A stretch of DNA of 52,300 bases from a virus (taxonomy: Duplodnaviria > Caudoviricetes), in IMG/VR virus record IMGVR_UViG_3300014913_000017, positions 1 through 52,300 of that record; one strand, 5' to 3'. The translations under genes and the position numbers were made by a program. Positions 8,882 through 18,226 of the stretch are shown here, one piece after another (the first letter of the stretch is position 1; each line of letters begins with the position of its first letter). Under the pieces are notes generated by a model, which was not told the origin of the DNA, ran no database searches, and was given only the letters and a program-made list of their open reading frames with translations.

Positions 8882-9208
8882 ATGGCGATCAGTGCGGCAA
8901 ATGCGGGACGGATGGGGAAGCAACCCTCCGCTCCCACATTCGTGGATTTCGTGGACGTGACCTGTGACAACGTATACCCCGGCGGAGGGTGGGATCTGGA
9001 CCTCACGGACTATCTCCCCCACGGGGCAACCGTGATGGAGGTCCACGCACCTCCGCACGTGGCCACCGGGTACGTGCCCGTGTACGACAGGACCAACAGC
9101 AAGCTGGTGATCCTGGAGTCCGGCGGTGCCACCAACCCGCTGGTGGACCTCACCACGGCGGCGGCCATGGACGGGGAAGTGGTCCGGCTCACGGTCCTGT
9201 CCTACTAG
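8882..9208 (+). CDS. putative head decoration/accessory virion protein
   Basis: SD GAGGAGG, 108 aa, beta-rich, directly after the MCP. Confidence 0.55.
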   Translation: MAISAANAGRMGKQPSAPTFVDFVDVTCDNVYPGGGWDLDLTDYLPHGATVMEVHAPPHVATGYVPVYDRTNSKLVILESGGATNPLVDLTTAAAMDGEVVRLTVLSY

Positions 9209-9270
9209 GACACCATCCGGCAATCCCGGCGGGGGCCTGTTGCCTCCGCCCCAGTTAAGGAGGCCCCCTC

Positions 9271-9870
9271 ATGAGCAATCAAGAAACCAGGCACGTGCGG
9301 TTGAAGCCGCGCGATCCACGGGCAGGGTATGTCATGAAGGCATACGCTGTGAACGTCGGGCGGAAGCTGCCCGCACGTTTCGACGCGGGCAAGTGGTACG
9401 AGGTGCCCGCGGTCATGGCCAAGTACCTGGCCACCGTCCACGAGAAACCCGGCAACAAGCTGACCCCCCTGGCCTTCGACGTGTGCAAGGACAAGGTGGA
9501 GGCGCGGGAACTGATCCGCCGGGAGGAGGCGGCCAAGCGGGCGGGCAAGAAACCGGAGGACGCGGTGGACATGGCCGCGATCTTGACCACGGGTGATCTT
9601 GCCCCGGTGAAGCCCGCGGCGATCATGGACACGGACACGGACACGGACCCCGATCTGGATCTCACGGATCCGGACCTGGGGGACGTGGACACGGAGGAGG
9701 AGGAACCGGAACCACCGCCTCCGCCCGCCCGTACCCGCAAGCGGAAGCCCAAGCCCAAGCCCAAGGCCAAACCCACCAAGCGGAAGGCCAAGGCCAAGGG
9801 GAAGGCCAAGGCCAAGCCGAAATCCAAGGGCAAGAAAAAGTCCAAGGCCCAGTCCACGCGGAAGCGATAG
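9271..9870 (+). CDS. hypothetical protein with acidic linker and Lys/Ala-rich basic tail
   Basis: SD AAGGAGG. DTDTDTD..EEEEPEPPPPP followed by KPKPKAKPTKRKAKAKGKAK. Confidence 0.7.
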   Translation: MSNQETRHVRLKPRDPRAGYVMKAYAVNVGRKLPARFDAGKWYEVPAVMAKYLATVHEKPGNKLTPLAFDVCKDKVEARELIRREEAAKRAGKKPEDAVDMAAILTTGDLAPVKPAAIMDTDTDTDPDLDLTDPDLGDVDTEEEEPEPPPPPARTRKRKPKPKPKAKPTKRKAKAKGKAKAKPKSKGKKKSKAQSTRKR

Positions 9871-9879
9871 CGCAACACC

Positions 9880-10155
9880 GTGACCACGGACGATCCCCAG
9901 GCTGAATTCCACACCAGTGATCTATCCATTGCCGCGTGGTTGCGTGTGAATGGATTGGAATTGCTGGGGTGTGGATTGAAGGACGGGAGGCGTGGCCGTC
10001 ACTGGTACAAATTCGCGGACCCGGACGGGAAGGCCCAGGACATGGCCAACGGATTTGCCAATTCTCAAATGGCTGAATATGACGCCATGGTCCGCCGCCT
10101 GAAATCCCTGGTGTACGCCACCAAGCAAGTGCCTCCCCGCAGTCCGATCAGGTGA
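9880..10155 (+). CDS. DUF5659-like small protein
   Basis: FHTSDLSIAAWLRVNGLEL...WYKF pattern resembles DUF5659 phage proteins. Confidence 0.55.
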   Translation: MTTDDPQAEFHTSDLSIAAWLRVNGLELLGCGLKDGRRGRHWYKFADPDGKAQDMANGFANSQMAEYDAMVRRLKSLVYATKQVPPRSPIR

Positions 10156-10191
10156 CGTGCAATGCACCCGTGCCCAGTGTAAGCTGGGATC

Positions 10192-10737
10192 ATGGGTGGT
10201 GGTTCATGGGGCGTTGGGGATGTTGAGGTGTTGGCCCAGCACCTGGGCAGAATCCCGGTGGATGATCTGGCGCACAGGCTGGGCCGTGAGCCCCCGGAAG
10301 TGAGGGCCAAGGCCCTGGCCCTGGTCCTGGAAAGCAAGCCCTCCACGTGCCCCCTGGGCCCTATCACGCCTGAATTAATCGAATCCCTCCGCCCCGTCAC
10401 ATGGGGTGAGTGTGAAAAAGGACCACGGCCGTGTCCGTGGGTTGGTTGTCGGTATCACCTGGTGTGGGAATCAATCCGCCGGACCATGAAGGTGACCCCC
10501 CGGAAGTTTCCCAGCTTGGACGATCGGGAGGTGGTCAACCACGTGGCCATGATGGAGGACACGTGTGCCCTGGATCTGGTCATGGCCAGGGGCCCGTACA
10601 CGTTGCATGAGATCGGGGAAATGTGGGGGATCACCCGTGAGCGTGTGCGCCAGGTGGAGGTCATGGCAAAGCGATCTTACAGGCGGGAGGCCCTCCGGTT
10701 GGGGCGTCCATGGTTGCTTGATCTGATTGGCCTGTGA
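10192..10737 (+). CDS. sigma70 region-4-like HTH protein with Cys/His cluster
   Basis: YTLHEIGEMWGITRERVRQVE (sigma r4 HTH), GPRPCPWVGCRYHL and TCALD. TAAGCT 6 nt before the ATG and no SD suggest a leaderless transcript. Confidence 0.75.
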   Translation: MGGGSWGVGDVEVLAQHLGRIPVDDLAHRLGREPPEVRAKALALVLESKPSTCPLGPITPELIESLRPVTWGECEKGPRPCPWVGCRYHLVWESIRRTMKVTPRKFPSLDDREVVNHVAMMEDTCALDLVMARGPYTLHEIGEMWGITRERVRQVEVMAKRSYRREALRLGRPWLLDLIGL

Positions 10738-10743
10738 TAGTTT
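10714..10743 (+). promoter_or_regulatory. putative promoter TTGCTT-N18-TAGTTT
   Basis: Carries the same GTGATAGTTT element as the 1342 promoter, upstream of the fibre gene. Confidence 0.4.
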
Positions 10744-10772
10744 GATCCGCAACGCGCCACGGAGGTGATCCC

Positions 10773-12173
10773 ATGTCAAGCCCGTACCCCATCAATCACC
10801 CAGTGACCGGGGCATGGTCCAAGGTGTTGGACAAGATCGATCTGTTCCGGTACGGCCACCTGATCGCGGACGGCACGGACATGGAGGTGGCGTGGTCCGG
10901 TGCCCCAGCCCCGGCGGACATTGCATACCTGGACGCTGGAGGACGCCTCCTGTACGGCCTGGTGGGATACAAGGAACTGTGGGTGAGAGGCGCGGGCGGA
11001 ACGGGAACGGGGACGTTGGGCGGTGAGCTGATCACGGTCCCACCTGGAATGCAAGGCCCGTTGGGGATCTTCGATTCCCTGGTTTACCGTGGCCATGAGT
11101 TGATCGATTACATCGGATCGGCTGGCACCAACCTGATCCTGGTGGACGCGGGGGGCCTGGGGGATTTCACATCGATCCAGGCTGCTATCACTTCCGCCAC
11201 TGCCGGGGATACCGTGCTGGTGAACCCGGGCACGTACACGGAAAACGTGATCCAGAAACGTGGCGTTGCGATCCGTGGACGTGGGGCCATGTTCGGCCCG
11301 CGCATGGACACGGTGATCACGTCCGCCTCTGGTGATACCCTCCAGGTGCCACACCGTGATTGCTGTATCAATGGGATCAGCATCCAGTCCACCAGCCCGA
11401 ACCCGGCGGACGCGGCCCTCCGCATCATTGACGACGGGCTGGGGGTTGGCCTGGAAACGTTCATTATCAATTTTCACGCTGGATCCATGAGCGGGGCCCA
11501 GGCCCAGGCGGTCCACTGTGACGCCCTCCCTCCAAACGAAAATGCCATTTTCATCTATGCCGGGATCGACGCGGACGCCTCCGCACCGATCGCAGTCGAG
11601 ATCGACGCGGCATTTTTGGTGTGGTTCCTGGGTGGCATGGGTGGCAACGGTGCCCAGGTTGGCGTGAAGCTGAACCCGGGCGCTGGATTCATGGCGGGCG
11701 CGGAGGCTGGGATCAACGCGGACCTGGTGGCCGGGCGGGCCATTGAAATGGATGGTGGTTTTTTCCTGGGGCTCAACTGCACCATTGACGGGTTCAACGG
11801 GGTGCGAGGTCAGAACGGATCCACGATCGTGCTGTCCAACGCCAAGGCGTTTGGCGGTTTCGCGGGGACACCTCTTGATACTGACGTGACCTCCTTCACC
11901 CTGTTAGGTGCCTCCGCCCTGGAGGGGTTTGGTGCGCCAGCCTGGCAAGGGTTCAGCGTCCTGGGCCCCACGGCCAGAATGTTTGGAGGCGTGGAGGGTG
12001 CGGGCACCACGGCCGGACCGGATCAGCGTCCCACGGCCACAGGGTCCAACCCTCCGGTGGGGTTCCAATACTGGGCACTGGATCTGGCCCCAGGCGGTGG
12101 TCCCGGTGTTGGGAGCCTCCTGATGTGGAACGGGGTTGGATGGATCGACATGACAGGGGCCGTGATTCCGTAA
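10773..12173 (+). CDS. fibre/spike protein with right-handed beta-helix (pectin-lyase-like)
   Basis: GDFTSIQAAITSATAGDTVLVNPGTYTENV beta-helix cap motif, Gly-rich rungs, C-terminal LLMWNGVGW module. Confidence 0.75.
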   Translation: MSSPYPINHPVTGAWSKVLDKIDLFRYGHLIADGTDMEVAWSGAPAPADIAYLDAGGRLLYGLVGYKELWVRGAGGTGTGTLGGELITVPPGMQGPLGIFDSLVYRGHELIDYIGSAGTNLILVDAGGLGDFTSIQAAITSATAGDTVLVNPGTYTENVIQKRGVAIRGRGAMFGPRMDTVITSASGDTLQVPHRDCCINGISIQSTSPNPADAALRIIDDGLGVGLETFIINFHAGSMSGAQAQAVHCDALPPNENAIFIYAGIDADASAPIAVEIDAAFLVWFLGGMGGNGAQVGVKLNPGAGFMAGAEAGINADLVAGRAIEMDGGFFLGLNCTIDGFNGVRGQNGSTIVLSNAKAFGGFAGTPLDTDVTSFTLLGASALEGFGAPAWQGFSVLGPTARMFGGVEGAGTTAGPDQRPTATGSNPPVGFQYWALDLAPGGGPGVGSLLMWNGVGWIDMTGAVIP

Positions 12174-12186
12174 GGAGGAGGATCTC

Positions 12187-12384
12187 ATGTTCAACAACGT
12201 GCCAAACGTGAAGCGGTTGATCAGGGAACACCACCAGCCGACAAGCTACACCAGCAAGTCCAAGTTCCCGAAAACGCCCACCGCCACACTGGTGGTTCAT
12301 TGCCAGGCGGACGATCGCCTGTACGTGGGCAACGGCAAGAAATGGATCCCGTTGAACACGGGGCCGGATGCACCTGGCAAGTGA
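12187..12384 (+). CDS. small fibre-module protein
   Basis: SD AAGGAGGAGG, DRLYVGNGKKW motif. Confidence 0.65.
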   Translation: MFNNVPNVKRLIREHHQPTSYTSKSKFPKTPTATLVVHCQADDRLYVGNGKKWIPLNTGPDAPGK

Positions 12385-12429
12385 TCCCCACCAGGCCAGG
12401 ATTGAAGTAAAGCAAACAGGAGGCGATCG

Positions 12430-12648
12430 ATGTTGAACCAGGATCCCCGTCAAGGGATGATCGAGGCCGTGGAGGCTGAACTGCGGAAGCGGTTGAAGGC
12501 GGACAAGGTGGCGGACGTGGACATGATCAAGGATCTGCCGGACCCCAAGGCCAAGGGCGTGAAGCCTTGCAAGGAGGACGGCAAGCTGTACGTTTCGGAC
12601 GGCAAGCGGTGGAAGCCGATCCAGATCGATCCGGGGGTGCCCCAATGA
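12430..12648 (+). CDS. small fibre-module protein, paralog of the preceding gene
   Basis: SD AGGAGG, GKLYVSDGKRW motif. Confidence 0.65.
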   Translation: MLNQDPRQGMIEAVEAELRKRLKADKVADVDMIKDLPDPKAKGVKPCKEDGKLYVSDGKRWKPIQIDPGVPQ

Positions 12649-14318
12649 GTGCGCCCTTTGTAGCTGATCGGATCCAGCTTGGCGATCGGATCGCCATGGC
12701 TTCCGGGATCCCCAAGCTGTACGTGGACGGGGACACCGGGAATGATTCAAACGACGGCACCTCCTGGGCGGAGGCCAAGCTCACCATGGAGGCCGCCTTC
12801 GACCTGGTACCAGGGACCGGGTGGTGTGATCTGTACGTGAAGGGATACGGGGCCAGCAAGCTGGAGCCCGCCCGCACATACTGGCCGTTCGGTGGATACC
12901 GTGGACACCTCCGGATCATCGGGTGTGATGACTGGGAGGTGGTGGCCACGGGACAGATCACTGGGTACAGCCTCATGAGCGGGAGACAATCCTGGGATGA
13001 ATACACGATCGCCTGGGATGGTGGATACGTTGCGGACGACGTGACGGACCGCAAGCTGTGGGTGGAATTCGAGGATGACACCGCGGCCACGTTCCTCCGC
13101 AAGATCATGGCCCTGAACACGGCCACCGGGAATTACGAAATACCCAACCAGTGGGGGTTCCCCGCGATCACCACGCCCCTCCCGATCCGCCTGGTGCGTC
13201 CGCGCACACAGATCCACCCCACCTCATACATGAGGGTGGGATCATCTAGTGCCCCGGAACTGGGATCGGTTGCCATGGCCTCCGTGGAATTCAAGCCCTC
13301 CGGGATGAATGGGGCCTGGGGTGTTGGGACTGCCGCGGTATACGTGGACGCCACCTCCCATGGCCGTGCGTTTGGCTTGCAACAGGACGGTGTGTTGGGT
13401 GGGATGAATATCACCGCCGTGGGCATGGGCACCGGGTACGAGTACCTGTATTTTCAAGCCTCCTCCCTGGTGGACACGCCCATGGAGGGGAAGCTGTCCA
13501 ACTATTACCTCCCGGGTTCCCACCTGGAAATGGACGGGACCGGGAGTGCCCTGTGTACCTTGACCGGGGGCCCGCTTGGAAATCGGGTTTTCTGGTCCAC
13601 GTATGACGGCGGACGTTTCGAGGTGTGGAACGGCACCCAGGTGATCCCCTTCCACTTCCGCGGTGGTGGTGACCTGGCCCACTGGAACGTGTACACGCGG
13701 TCCACCTCCTCACTGGCGTATTGCTTGGTGGACGGTGATCTGGTGGTGGGTGAGGATTCGTTCATGCTGGTGGGGAACACGATCGAGGCTGGCGGGATCG
13801 ATGTCCGCGGCGGTGAACTGCGATCGAGCGGTGGCGGGATCGACACTGTGATCTTGTCGAGGTCCGCACCCACGGATCAGGTGTGCGTGAAGGCGGAACG
13901 CGGATCCCGGATCAACTTCATTCGGTTTGAAGGTGGCTGGGATCTGGCGACACCAGGCATACCGCTGCCCGCGGTTGAACTGGCCGGGGACGTGGCGGAA
14001 CTGGACATTGACCTGGACAACATGGATCGCGGTGATGGCCCGGTCACGTTGGTGAAGGACGGGGCCCGCGCCCAACTGTTGGAGGTCAAGGGTGACAACA
14101 CCAACGCGGGAGGCGGTGGCACTTGTGTGGGCCTCCAGATCGAGGATCCCGCATTCGTGGAGGTGGACGTTTCGGAAGCCACGGCCACTGGCGCGGACGG
14201 GGACGTGAAGGTGGGATCGCTTGCTGCCCAGGTGTGGCCCGGTGCAGGGAACCGCGTCAATGATGTGAGCAACCCACCCGCCAACACGGACCACCTGGCG
14301 CAACTGAAAACGATCTAA
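12645..14318 (+). CDS. fibre/spike protein with beta-helix (DUF1565-like N-terminus)
   Basis: ATGA-coupled start MSAPFVADRIQLG. LYVDGDTGNDSNDGTSWAEAKLTMEAA motif. Confidence 0.7.
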   Translation: MSAPFVADRIQLGDRIAMASGIPKLYVDGDTGNDSNDGTSWAEAKLTMEAAFDLVPGTGWCDLYVKGYGASKLEPARTYWPFGGYRGHLRIIGCDDWEVVATGQITGYSLMSGRQSWDEYTIAWDGGYVADDVTDRKLWVEFEDDTAATFLRKIMALNTATGNYEIPNQWGFPAITTPLPIRLVRPRTQIHPTSYMRVGSSSAPELGSVAMASVEFKPSGMNGAWGVGTAAVYVDATSHGRAFGLQQDGVLGGMNITAVGMGTGYEYLYFQASSLVDTPMEGKLSNYYLPGSHLEMDGTGSALCTLTGGPLGNRVFWSTYDGGRFEVWNGTQVIPFHFRGGGDLAHWNVYTRSTSSLAYCLVDGDLVVGEDSFMLVGNTIEAGGIDVRGGELRSSGGGIDTVILSRSAPTDQVCVKAERGSRINFIRFEGGWDLATPGIPLPAVELAGDVAELDIDLDNMDRGDGPVTLVKDGARAQLLEVKGDNTNAGGGGTCVGLQIEDPAFVEVDVSEATATGADGDVKVGSLAAQVWPGAGNRVNDVSNPPANTDHLAQLKTI

Positions 14319-14331
14319 ACGGAAGGCTGTC

Positions 14332-15216
14332 ATGGCTGGTGAATTCATCACTGACGGGATTGTGATCGGCGCGGGTATCGCCACCAAGGGTGGTGTGAAT
14401 CTGGAAACGGAAGGCCACGCGGCCAAGCATGAAAGCGGAGGCGCGGATCAGGTTGACGTTGGCGGACTGTCCGGCGCGTTGGCCGATCCCCAGGTGCCCA
14501 CCCTCCACGCTGGTGAACACCAGACTGGAGGCGGTGATGAAATCGACGTGTCCGGCCTGGTGGGAACGCTGGCCGATCCGCAACCGCCTGGTGGCGCGGC
14601 GGGTGGCGATCTTGGCGGGACATTCCCGGATCCCTCCGTGGAACAGTTGAAGGGAGGCCAGTCCGTCCTGACGGCGGAGGGGCATTATCAATATCTAACC
14701 CCGGTGTGGGATGACATCACCGTGTCCGGGATGGATGTCAATTCCTCCACACGGCCACCCCTCCAGGTGTACCGTGGTGGATTGCGGGCCCGTCACTGGA
14801 ACGTGAACGATGAGGGCCAGTCAAATTTTCATTTCCGCCACAGGTACAAGCCCGGATCGGATTCACACGTCCACATACACGGGAAGCTGAGAACGGGCAC
14901 CGTGGGTGTGGCGGCCTTGATCCAGTTTGAACTGGAATATGGATTGGGACAGCGTGGCCAGGTGGACGACGCCCCGGTGATCGTCACCAAGGAATTTGAC
15001 GTTGGGAACCTCGCACAGTTCACGGAGGTGATCCTGTTTTTCGATGCAATCGCAATGCCGGGGTTCAACGAATCTTGCAACATGATGTGGCGGATCAAGC
15101 GGATCGCGGCGAGTGGGAACGAATACGGGGATCTGTTGTGCATCCCGGAAATTGATTGCCATTACCAGATCGAAAAAGAGGGGACACGCACCCAGGTTCC
15201 AGGGTCCGGTCCATAA
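14332..15216 (+). CDS. fibre protein with HxxxHxxGGxD repeats and globular C-terminal domain
   Basis: Two 30-aa-period repeats and a GGAAGGDLGGTFPDPSV motif seen in phage fibres. Confidence 0.7.
   Translation: MAGEFITDGIVIGAGIATKGGVNLETEGHAAKHESGGADQVDVGGLSGALADPQVPTLHAGEHQTGGGDEIDVSGLVGTLADPQPPGGAAGGDLGGTFPDPSVEQLKGGQSVLTAEGHYQYLTPVWDDITVSGMDVNSSTRPPLQVYRGGLRARHWNVNDEGQSNFHFRHRYKPGSDSHVHIHGKLRTGTVGVAALIQFELEYGLGQRGQVDDAPVIVTKEFDVGNLAQFTEVILFFDAIAMPGFNESCNMMWRIKRIAASGNEYGDLLCIPEIDCHYQIEKEGTRTQVPGSGP
14416..14583 (+). repeat. two degenerate 90-nt-period coding repeats
   Basis: HAAKHESGGADQVDVGGLSGALADPQ versus HAGEHQTGGGDEIDVSGLVGTLADPQ. Confidence 0.85.
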
Positions 15217-15219
15217 ACC

Positions 15220-15249
15220 TTGACTGATCACCCCCGGCCTGGATAGTAT
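15220..15249 (+). promoter_or_regulatory. putative promoter TTGACT-N18-TAGTAT
   Basis: Intergenic. GGATAGTATG is identical to the element at 16248-16257. Confidence 0.55.
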
Positions 15250-15279
15250 GGGGGCGCACTCACAACAGGAGGCACTGAC

Positions 15280-15807
15280 ATGGCCGATCCTTTCAAGGTA
15301 GATGATCTAGAAGTCACCAACAACGTGGACTGCACGGACGTGGTGGCCACGGGTGACGTGGGCGGGGATTCCGGCACGTTCACCACTTCCGCCACCGTTG
15401 GCGGTGTGGGCGTGGCCCTCCGCGCCACGGAACTGGACCAGGCCACTGGGGCCCTGGGCGCACCGTTCACCTCCAGTGGAGGTGGTGCATGGGAGGCGGC
15501 CTTCACGGTTCCGATCACGCTGTCCCTGGACGGCGGGATCCTGGCCGTGGCCTCCTTCGACGCGGAAGCCGCCGCCGCTGCCGCGGTCATGGCGGAGTTC
15601 CGGCTCACGATCGACGGCAACGCGGGTGGCGAGATCGGCGCGGACCTCCTGGCCACCCAGGACGCGATCCCCGGATCGGCCAACCACATGGAGGCCGGGC
15701 TCACGGCCGGGGCGATCAACGCGGTCCTGGAGGTCAAGGATGATGGGGTCACAGCCGTGACCGTAAGCCGGGCCACGATCAGCGCGATCGGCCTGGTGCA
15801 GAAGTAA
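15280..15807 (+). CDS. putative virion fibre/decoration protein
   Basis: SD AGGAGG, beta-rich. N-terminus MADPFKVDDLEV resembles the two preceding fibre genes. Confidence 0.6.
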   Translation: MADPFKVDDLEVTNNVDCTDVVATGDVGGDSGTFTTSATVGGVGVALRATELDQATGALGAPFTSSGGGAWEAAFTVPITLSLDGGILAVASFDAEAAAAAAVMAEFRLTIDGNAGGEIGADLLATQDAIPGSANHMEAGLTAGAINAVLEVKDDGVTAVTVSRATISAIGLVQK

Positions 15808-15828
15808 GCCACGGAAGGAGGCTAGAAC

Positions 15829-16185
15829 ATGGCAGGTGGAAAGCTGTATCCCGACGAGGCCCTCCCGGAGGGTTACTTCGCAGGTCAAAAGCACATCACG
15901 CGGGAGCCCGATGACTACCCCGATCTGTGGGAACTGCTCAACAGCGTCCGCGGTGGTGGTGGAACCCGCCAGGGTTCGGGCACCGTGGTGAGCCCGGGCA
16001 CCTCGATCGCGGTCACGTTCCCGACCGCCTTCCCGGCGGGCTCCACGGTCCGCGTGGTGGCCACGGCGGAGGGGCAGAACGTGAACGTGTACCCCACCGC
16101 GATCACCGTCACGGGTTGCACCCTGAACATTTCGGGGGCCCTGGGCGTGGACTGTGTGGTGGCGTACACCGCGTTTGCGGAATAG
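15829..16185 (+). CDS. putative virion protein with small beta-sandwich C-terminus
   Basis: SD AAGGAGG. SIAVTFPTAFPAG..VVATA..ITVTGCTL resembles fibre-tip domains. Confidence 0.6.
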   Translation: MAGGKLYPDEALPEGYFAGQKHITREPDDYPDLWELLNSVRGGGGTRQGSGTVVSPGTSIAVTFPTAFPAGSTVRVVATAEGQNVNVYPTAITVTGCTLNISGALGVDCVVAYTAFAE

Positions 16186-16226
16186 CCCGCCAGGCCCACA
16201 CCCCACCGTTCATTTCCCACCGTGAA

Positions 16227-16256
16227 TTGACGCCCGCCCTCCCGGCGGGATAGTAT
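16227..16256 (+). promoter_or_regulatory. putative promoter TTGACG-N18-TAGTAT
   Basis: Intergenic, upstream of the neck/tail operon, same spacing as sister sites. Confidence 0.55.
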
Positions 16257-16274
16257 GACCTCCGGAGGTTGATT

Positions 16275-17063
16275 ATGCCCTATTGCGTCCGCGATATGCT
16301 CCGGGACAACAGCGGGTTGGGTGAGGGACTGCCGGATCCACCGCCTGGTGGTGACGGTCCCACGGACGATCGCCTGGATGCCATGATCGCCTTGGCCTCC
16401 CAACTGATCGACAGGTGGACGGGATGGTGGTTTGAGCCACGGGATCAAACGTACTTGCTGGACGGCCCAGGGGATTCGAGATCGCTTTACTTCCCGGCCC
16501 CGATCGTGTCCATCACCTCCGTGGAAAAATTGGACAGTGCGGGCGTGGTCACCTACACGTATGACACCGGCGATTACGTGGTGTACAACCGACACCTCCA
16601 GGGGAACCTCCCGGACGATCGGCGCAACCCCCGGATCGAGTACCAACAGGAGGGCCCGCTGTCCCTGGATGCAATCGTGTACCAGGAACGTGTGATCGGC
16701 GGTGGTCCAACCTGGATGGCATGGCCACGTGGCCAGCAAAATATCAAGGTGGTGGGGAGGTTCGGGTACACGGACCCGGACCCCCTGGGCGTGGATCCGG
16801 AAGGCGTGACCCCGGAAGCGATCAAACGGCTGTGCCGCCTGATCACGTTGCGGATCGTGTGGCCCGCATACAGCCACGGGGATCTGAATGAAGACGGCGG
16901 ACGGATCACGGATGAAAAGACCAGGGACCAGTCCTGGAAAAAGGCGTGGCCGTGGACTGAAAAGCTGGCCGGGTCCACGGGTATCGGAATGTGGACGGGT
17001 GACCCTGAGATCGATCAGTTGCTCATGACCTATCAGCGGCCCATGGGGATCGCGTCGATCTGA
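16275..17063 (+). CDS. head-tail adaptor (gp6/gp15-like)
   Basis: YCVRDMLR..MIALASQLIDRWTGWWF..LDGPG..PIVSITSV..NIKVVGRFGY..TPEAIKR, a typical adaptor pattern. Confidence 0.75.
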   Translation: MPYCVRDMLRDNSGLGEGLPDPPPGGDGPTDDRLDAMIALASQLIDRWTGWWFEPRDQTYLLDGPGDSRSLYFPAPIVSITSVEKLDSAGVVTYTYDTGDYVVYNRHLQGNLPDDRRNPRIEYQQEGPLSLDAIVYQERVIGGGPTWMAWPRGQQNIKVVGRFGYTDPDPLGVDPEGVTPEAIKRLCRLITLRIVWPAYSHGDLNEDGGRITDEKTRDQSWKKAWPWTEKLAGSTGIGMWTGDPEIDQLLMTYQRPMGIASI

Positions 17064-17569
17064 TGTGGGTACCACTTCACAACCCGGTACTGGTGATCGT
17101 GGATGCGGTGGACGCTGCGGCCACACGGGCATTCGATCCGCCTGGTGAAGATCCCGGCGGATTCGATGATCTACTAAAGCAGCCCAGCGCATACCGGGAT
17201 CCCGTGAGCGGTGAACGGCGGGACGCGGTGCAGACTGTTGAACGTCAGTTCCTTGCCCAGATTGAAATGGACCTGGAGGCGATCAAGCGCATGACGGCCT
17301 CCGGGGACATCCCGGATTTTGACATGGTGCTGGTGGCCCACGTGCGCGACCTCACCAGGCGTGGGTACGTGAACGCGGACGGTTCATGCACGATCCAGAT
17401 CGGTGATCGTGTCCGTGAGTTTCAGCACCCCAGGCGGGCGGAGGTCATGGACCGATTCGACGGCAACCACACCGTGTGGATCGATGAGGTCCGATCCGCG
17501 TCCTGGGGGTTCAGTGGGAGGCGTGACCTGTTCCTGTTTTTCTGCACTAAGAAAACGGAACCGATCTGA
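17063..17569 (+). CDS. head closure/stopper protein
   Basis: Coupled to the adaptor. GFDDLLKQP..AQIE..IQIGDRV pattern and position. Confidence 0.55.
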   Translation: MWVPLHNPVLVIVDAVDAAATRAFDPPGEDPGGFDDLLKQPSAYRDPVSGERRDAVQTVERQFLAQIEMDLEAIKRMTASGDIPDFDMVLVAHVRDLTRRGYVNADGSCTIQIGDRVREFQHPRRAEVMDRFDGNHTVWIDEVRSASWGFSGRRDLFLFFCTKKTEPI

Positions 17570-18225
17570 TGGCTGGCAAGTCCGGCATGGGCCTGGACCC
17601 GTTGGTCATGCGGGCGGTTCTAGCTGCCCTCGATCCAGTGTCGAAGACCAAAGCCTTGCGGAAGGCGATCCGCCGGGAGGCCCAGTCCCTCCGTTCCATC
17701 ATGGTGCAGTCATTCCGCGTTCAGAAAGGTGGCGGGAAAAAGCGGTGGGCCAGGTTGTCTAAGGCCACGATCGCGTTGCGCCGATCAGAGGAAATGAAAC
17801 AAAAGGGCGGGCGCGTGAAGGGCACCAAGGCCCTGGTGGCCACGGGCCAGGAACGCAAGGCGATCCAGGTTATCCAGGTTATCCCGGGACGTGGTGACAC
17901 CTGGGAGGAACTGTTCATAGGGATCCCGCGTGGCACCAGGCGCAAGGCCGGGGGGTCCATGATCAACATTGCGCTGATCCATGAATTCGGCGCGGTGATC
18001 AAGCCCAGCCAGAAACAGATCGCGTGGTTTTGGGGTGCGATCAGCAAGAGCAACACGCCCCAGGCCCGGGCCATGATCGCGGAACAGAAACAGCGCGGGA
18101 AAAAGCGGGGCACCTCACTGTGGATCATCCCACCGCGTCCCATGATCGGACCGTCCACGGAGGTGTGGGGGGACGGCCTCGACGCACGGATCGATAAACA
18201 CCTCCAGACCATGGTGGGAGGATGA
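17569..18225 (+). CDS. neck/virion morphogenesis protein (Mu gpG-like)
   Basis: WARLSKATI..KALVATGQ..NIALIHEFGAVI..IPPRPMI. Confidence 0.75.
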   Translation: MAGKSGMGLDPLVMRAVLAALDPVSKTKALRKAIRREAQSLRSIMVQSFRVQKGGGKKRWARLSKATIALRRSEEMKQKGGRVKGTKALVATGQERKAIQVIQVIPGRGDTWEELFIGIPRGTRRKAGGSMINIALIHEFGAVIKPSQKQIAWFWGAISKSNTPQARAMIAEQKQRGKKRGTSLWIIPPRPMIGPSTEVWGDGLDARIDKHLQTMVGG

Positions 18226-18226
18226 C

